Notes under the pieces: model-generated
Told to the model about the DNA's origin: nothing
Databases searched by the model: none
The model's input: the letters and a program-made list of their open reading frames with translations, nothing else
Shown: one piece after another, positions 61,295 through 64,000 of the stretch
How positions within the stretch are numbered: position 1 is the first letter of the stretch
How the letters are laid out: each line of letters begins with the position of its first letter
Origin: Deltaproteobacteria bacterium
Lineage (GTDB): Bacteria; Desulfobacterota; Binatia; Binatales; Binataceae
NCBI GenBank assembly: GCA_021831785.1
Contig: JAKBMB010000028.1
Location: 162,620-226,619 of the forward strand
Length of the DNA: 64,000 bases
Reading direction: 5' to 3'
Translations under genes and position numbers: made by a program

Positions 61295-62275
61295 ATGATT
61301 TCGCTGCGACGCCGCCACCAAGCGTCACAACCGGGCAAGACGCCGGTCCCGCTCGATCGGCATCGGGCGCCGGCGCGGAGCGGCCGCTCGATGCCGCAGC
61401 CGCTGTTCACCTGGCTTCTTATCGCGCCCTCGCTTGCGCTCTTCGCGGTCTTCAACATTCTGCCTCTGCTGTGGCTGGTGGGGCTTAGTTTCTTCCGTTA
61501 CAACCTTACCTTCGGGCCGCCGCCACAGTTTGCGGGGCTCAAGAACTATACCGACTTGATGAACGACCGCTTCTTGTGGGGCCGTTTGGGGCTGACGCTG
61601 CTGTTTGTGTTGCTCGCAGTGGGGATTGAAACGGTCCTCGGAGCCTTGCTCGGCTACGCTTTTTGGAAAAAGCGCGACCTGCCCGGGCGCCGGCTCGCGC
61701 TTACGCTCCTGTTCGTGCCGATGGTTCTGGCGCCAGTTGCGGTCGGCACCTTTTTTAAGATCATCTATGACCCGATGTATGGGGTGCTACCCTATTACGC
61801 CGCTCGTCTGTTGCGCATCAAGCCGCCCGACTTGCTGGGCAGTGGCAATCTCGCCTTCCCGGCAGTGCTGGCCGTGGATGTCTGGATGTGGACGCCGTTT
61901 CTTATCATGATGACGGTGGCAGCCCTAGGGGCAGTGCCCAAGGCTTTGCTCGAAAGCGCCGAGGTGGACCGCCTCACAGCCTGGCAGCGGATGCGCTACG
62001 TGGTCTGGCCTCACGCGAAGTTCGTTCTGATGCTTGGAGTGGTGCTGCGCACGATCGATGCCTTCAAGACTTTCGACCTCGTTTCGGCCATGACCGCCGG
62101 TGGGCCGGGGAATCAAACCCAGCTTGTTTCGCTGACCATTTTCCGCGAGGCGTTCAACGACTTCGCGATCGGCAAGGCGTCCGCGTTGTCGCTGCTGGTG
62201 TTATTTATTGCGGTCTCACTGGCCAGCATTTATCTTTTCGTGCTCAACTATGGTGTGCTGCGAGAGGGGAAGTAA
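61295..62275 (+). CDS. Carbohydrate ABC transporter permease
   Basis: DVWMWTPF, EAA motif ESAEVD, RTIDAFKTFD, TAGGPG. Confidence 0.92.
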   Translation: MISLRRRHQASQPGKTPVPLDRHRAPARSGRSMPQPLFTWLLIAPSLALFAVFNILPLLWLVGLSFFRYNLTFGPPPQFAGLKNYTDLMNDRFLWGRLGLTLLFVLLAVGIETVLGALLGYAFWKKRDLPGRRLALTLLFVPMVLAPVAVGTFFKIIYDPMYGVLPYYAARLLRIKPPDLLGSGNLAFPAVLAVDVWMWTPFLIMMTVAALGAVPKALLESAEVDRLTAWQRMRYVVWPHAKFVLMLGVVLRTIDAFKTFDLVSAMTAGGPGNQTQLVSLTIFREAFNDFAIGKASALSLLVLFIAVSLASIYLFVLNYGVLREGK

Positions 62276-62278
62276 GCG

Positions 62279-63121
62279 ATGATCGGTCGGCGCCGAATCG
62301 CAAGCGCGCTCGCAAGTCTGGGCCTGTGGGCCGTGTGCGCGGCTTTTTTCATGCCGGTGTTCTGGATTTTCCTCGCCGCCTTTAAGACGCGGGCGCAAAT
62401 CCTCACGATTCCTCCGATCTGGGTGTTTCACCCCTCGCTCGAGGGGCTTCGCTTCATGGTCGAGCGGCAGGCGGGCGCCTTTTGGCAGTACCTGCTGAAC
62501 AGCGTGATGATTTCGGCCTTGGCCGTGACGATCGCGGTGTTTGTGGCCTATCTGGCTGCCTTCAGCCTCTCGCGCTTCAAACCTGCGGCTACGGACTTCA
62601 TGATGTTTCTGTTGCTGTCGATTCGGATGGTGCCGGGGGCGGCTGTCGTGCTGCCGCTATTCATGATGTACCGTTCGCTAGGATGGATAGGCAGTCGCTG
62701 GGCGATTGTGCTGTTTTACGCCATGTTTAGCCTGCCATTTTCTCTGTGGATACTGAAAGGCTTTTTGGACGGCGTCTCGCGGCGCTTCGACGAGGCGGCG
62801 ATGGTCGACGGCGCCTCCCGGTTTCACGTAATGTTTCGCGTCGTGCTGCCTCAGGTCAAGCCGGGTGTAGTGGCGGCTCTTATTTTCAACATGATTTTCG
62901 TCTGGAATGAATTTCTGTTCGACTTCATCCTTGGCGGTGAGCGCGTGGCGACGATTCCGGTCGCACTTGCCGCCGGCCTTTACACCTCGCAAGGGACGGA
63001 TTGGCAGTATATTGCCTCGCTCACTCTGGTTTACACTGCGCCGCTAATGGTCGCGATATTCTTCGTTCAACGCCACCTGCTGCTGGGGATGACCTTCGGC
63101 ACCGTGCGCGGCGAGGTTTAA
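62279..63121 (+). CDS. Carbohydrate ABC transporter permease
   Basis: LNSV, DEAAMVDGAS, WNEF. Confidence 0.92.
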   Translation: MIGRRRIASALASLGLWAVCAAFFMPVFWIFLAAFKTRAQILTIPPIWVFHPSLEGLRFMVERQAGAFWQYLLNSVMISALAVTIAVFVAYLAAFSLSRFKPAATDFMMFLLLSIRMVPGAAVVLPLFMMYRSLGWIGSRWAIVLFYAMFSLPFSLWILKGFLDGVSRRFDEAAMVDGASRFHVMFRVVLPQVKPGVVAALIFNMIFVWNEFLFDFILGGERVATIPVALAAGLYTSQGTDWQYIASLTLVYTAPLMVAIFFVQRHLLLGMTFGTVRGEV

Positions 63122-63128
63122 CGACGTC

Positions 63129-63416
63129 ATGAGTAACCGCAGGCTGCTAGGCTTGCGTCTCGAGGAGCTGGCGGTCGGCGCTCTGCTGCTGACGCTTCTA
63201 CTGATTGGCCAACAGTGGTCGTTTGCGCTCTACCGGCTGGGCTTCGTGATGCTCTGGCTCGTCGTCCTAGCGCAGATCGTGATCAGCAACGCCGGGCCGG
63301 GAGCGGCGTGGAAGCAGCTCTTAGCGATGGCGGCGGTCGTGACCGCCACGCTGGGGATATTGGTCGCGGCAGGCATCGCGGCCGCCCCGTTGCTGATCAG
63401 TCTGGGACAGGGCTAG
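63129..63416 (+). CDS. Small membrane protein in the ABC operon
   Basis: Three hydrophobic segments, tightly coupled to the permease. Confidence 0.65.
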   Translation: MSNRRLLGLRLEELAVGALLLTLLLIGQQWSFALYRLGFVMLWLVVLAQIVISNAGPGAAWKQLLAMAAVVTATLGILVAAGIAAAPLLISLGQG

Positions 63417-63513
63417 CTTGCCAAGTTCGAAATTTGCGGCGTGATCGGCGGCGAGCGCGTTTTTGCTCCTTAGGGGGCATTTCGTCGCATGGGGCTTCCT
63501 GAGGAATCCGAAA

Positions 63514-64000
63514 ATGCTCGAGCTTAAGGGCCTGACCCGGCGTTTTGGCGCCCGTGCGGCACTTGAGGCGGTCAACCTCGCGATCGCCGAGCCGCGGTTT
63601 AACGTGGTCTTCGGCGGCCCGGGCAGCGGCAAATCGCTACTCTTGCGCTTGATCGCGGGACTGGAACGGCCCGACGAAGGGGCCGTGTGGCTCCATGGCA
63701 GCGATGTAACGTCAACCGCTCCGCAGGCGCGCCGCCTTGCCTACGTCCCGCAGAGCTTCGCTCTTTATCCCCATCTGAAGGTCTTCGAAAATATCGCTCA
63801 TCCCCTGCGCTTAGCCGGCTCACCAGCCGCCGAAATCAAACAGGCAGTCGCGCGAGTTGCCTCGACCCTTCAAATCTCGAGCGTGCTCGGCCATTACCCG
63901 GACCAGATAAGCGGCGGCCAACGCCAGCGTGTGGCTATCGCGCGCGGCCTTGTACGTCAGGCCGATATCTACCTGCTTGACGATCCCCTGGCCGGGCTTG
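63514..64000 (+). CDS. ABC transporter ATP-binding protein (partial, runs off the window)
   Basis: MLELKGL, Walker A GGPGSGKS, QSFALYPH, signature ISGGQRQR, Walker B YLLDDP; absent from the supplied ORF track. Confidence 0.9.
   Translation, partial: MLELKGLTRRFGARAALEAVNLAIAEPRFNVVFGGPGSGKSLLLRLIAGLERPDEGAVWLHGSDVTSTAPQARRLAYVPQSFALYPHLKVFENIAHPLRLAGSPAAEIKQAVARVASTLQISSVLGHYPDQISGGQRQRVAIARGLVRQADIYLLDDPLAGL

Overview
High-GC bacterial chromosomal window. Gene content is compatible with a Candidatus Binatota or deltaproteobacteria-like organism, but that is inference only. Housekeeping and metabolic genes: rluD, leuCD, a hemD-hemE fusion with hemH and hemY, archease-rtcB, tatA, pgsA with tRNA-Gly(GCC), an ars operon, ltaE, cbbQ/norQ, cysS, selB, a UGA-containing selenoprotein selD, fbaB and a sugar ABC transporter. 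These are interspersed with small accessory inserts: DUF29/coiled-coil/RHH genes, a DUF433-DUF5615 toxin-antitoxin pair, an orphaned methyltransferase beside a decayed BsaWI-like endonuclease, and an IMPase pseudogene. Four things stand out. (1) A six-gene vWA / FHA / Ser-Thr kinase / pseudokinase-PP2C phosphosignalling cluster (48.4-57.7 kb) whose members share T-Q-x-L candidate FHA-docking motifs. (2) An integrase-free nested cassette inside the heme operon, bounded by a 51-bp duplication of the hemY start and containing two 191-bp direct repeats. (3) Nested MITE/REP elements whose 125-bp core is inverted between copies and collapsed in a third. (4) An uncharacterised cupin / beta-propeller / cupin exported operon. 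All calls come from reading motifs by eye; no database search was run.
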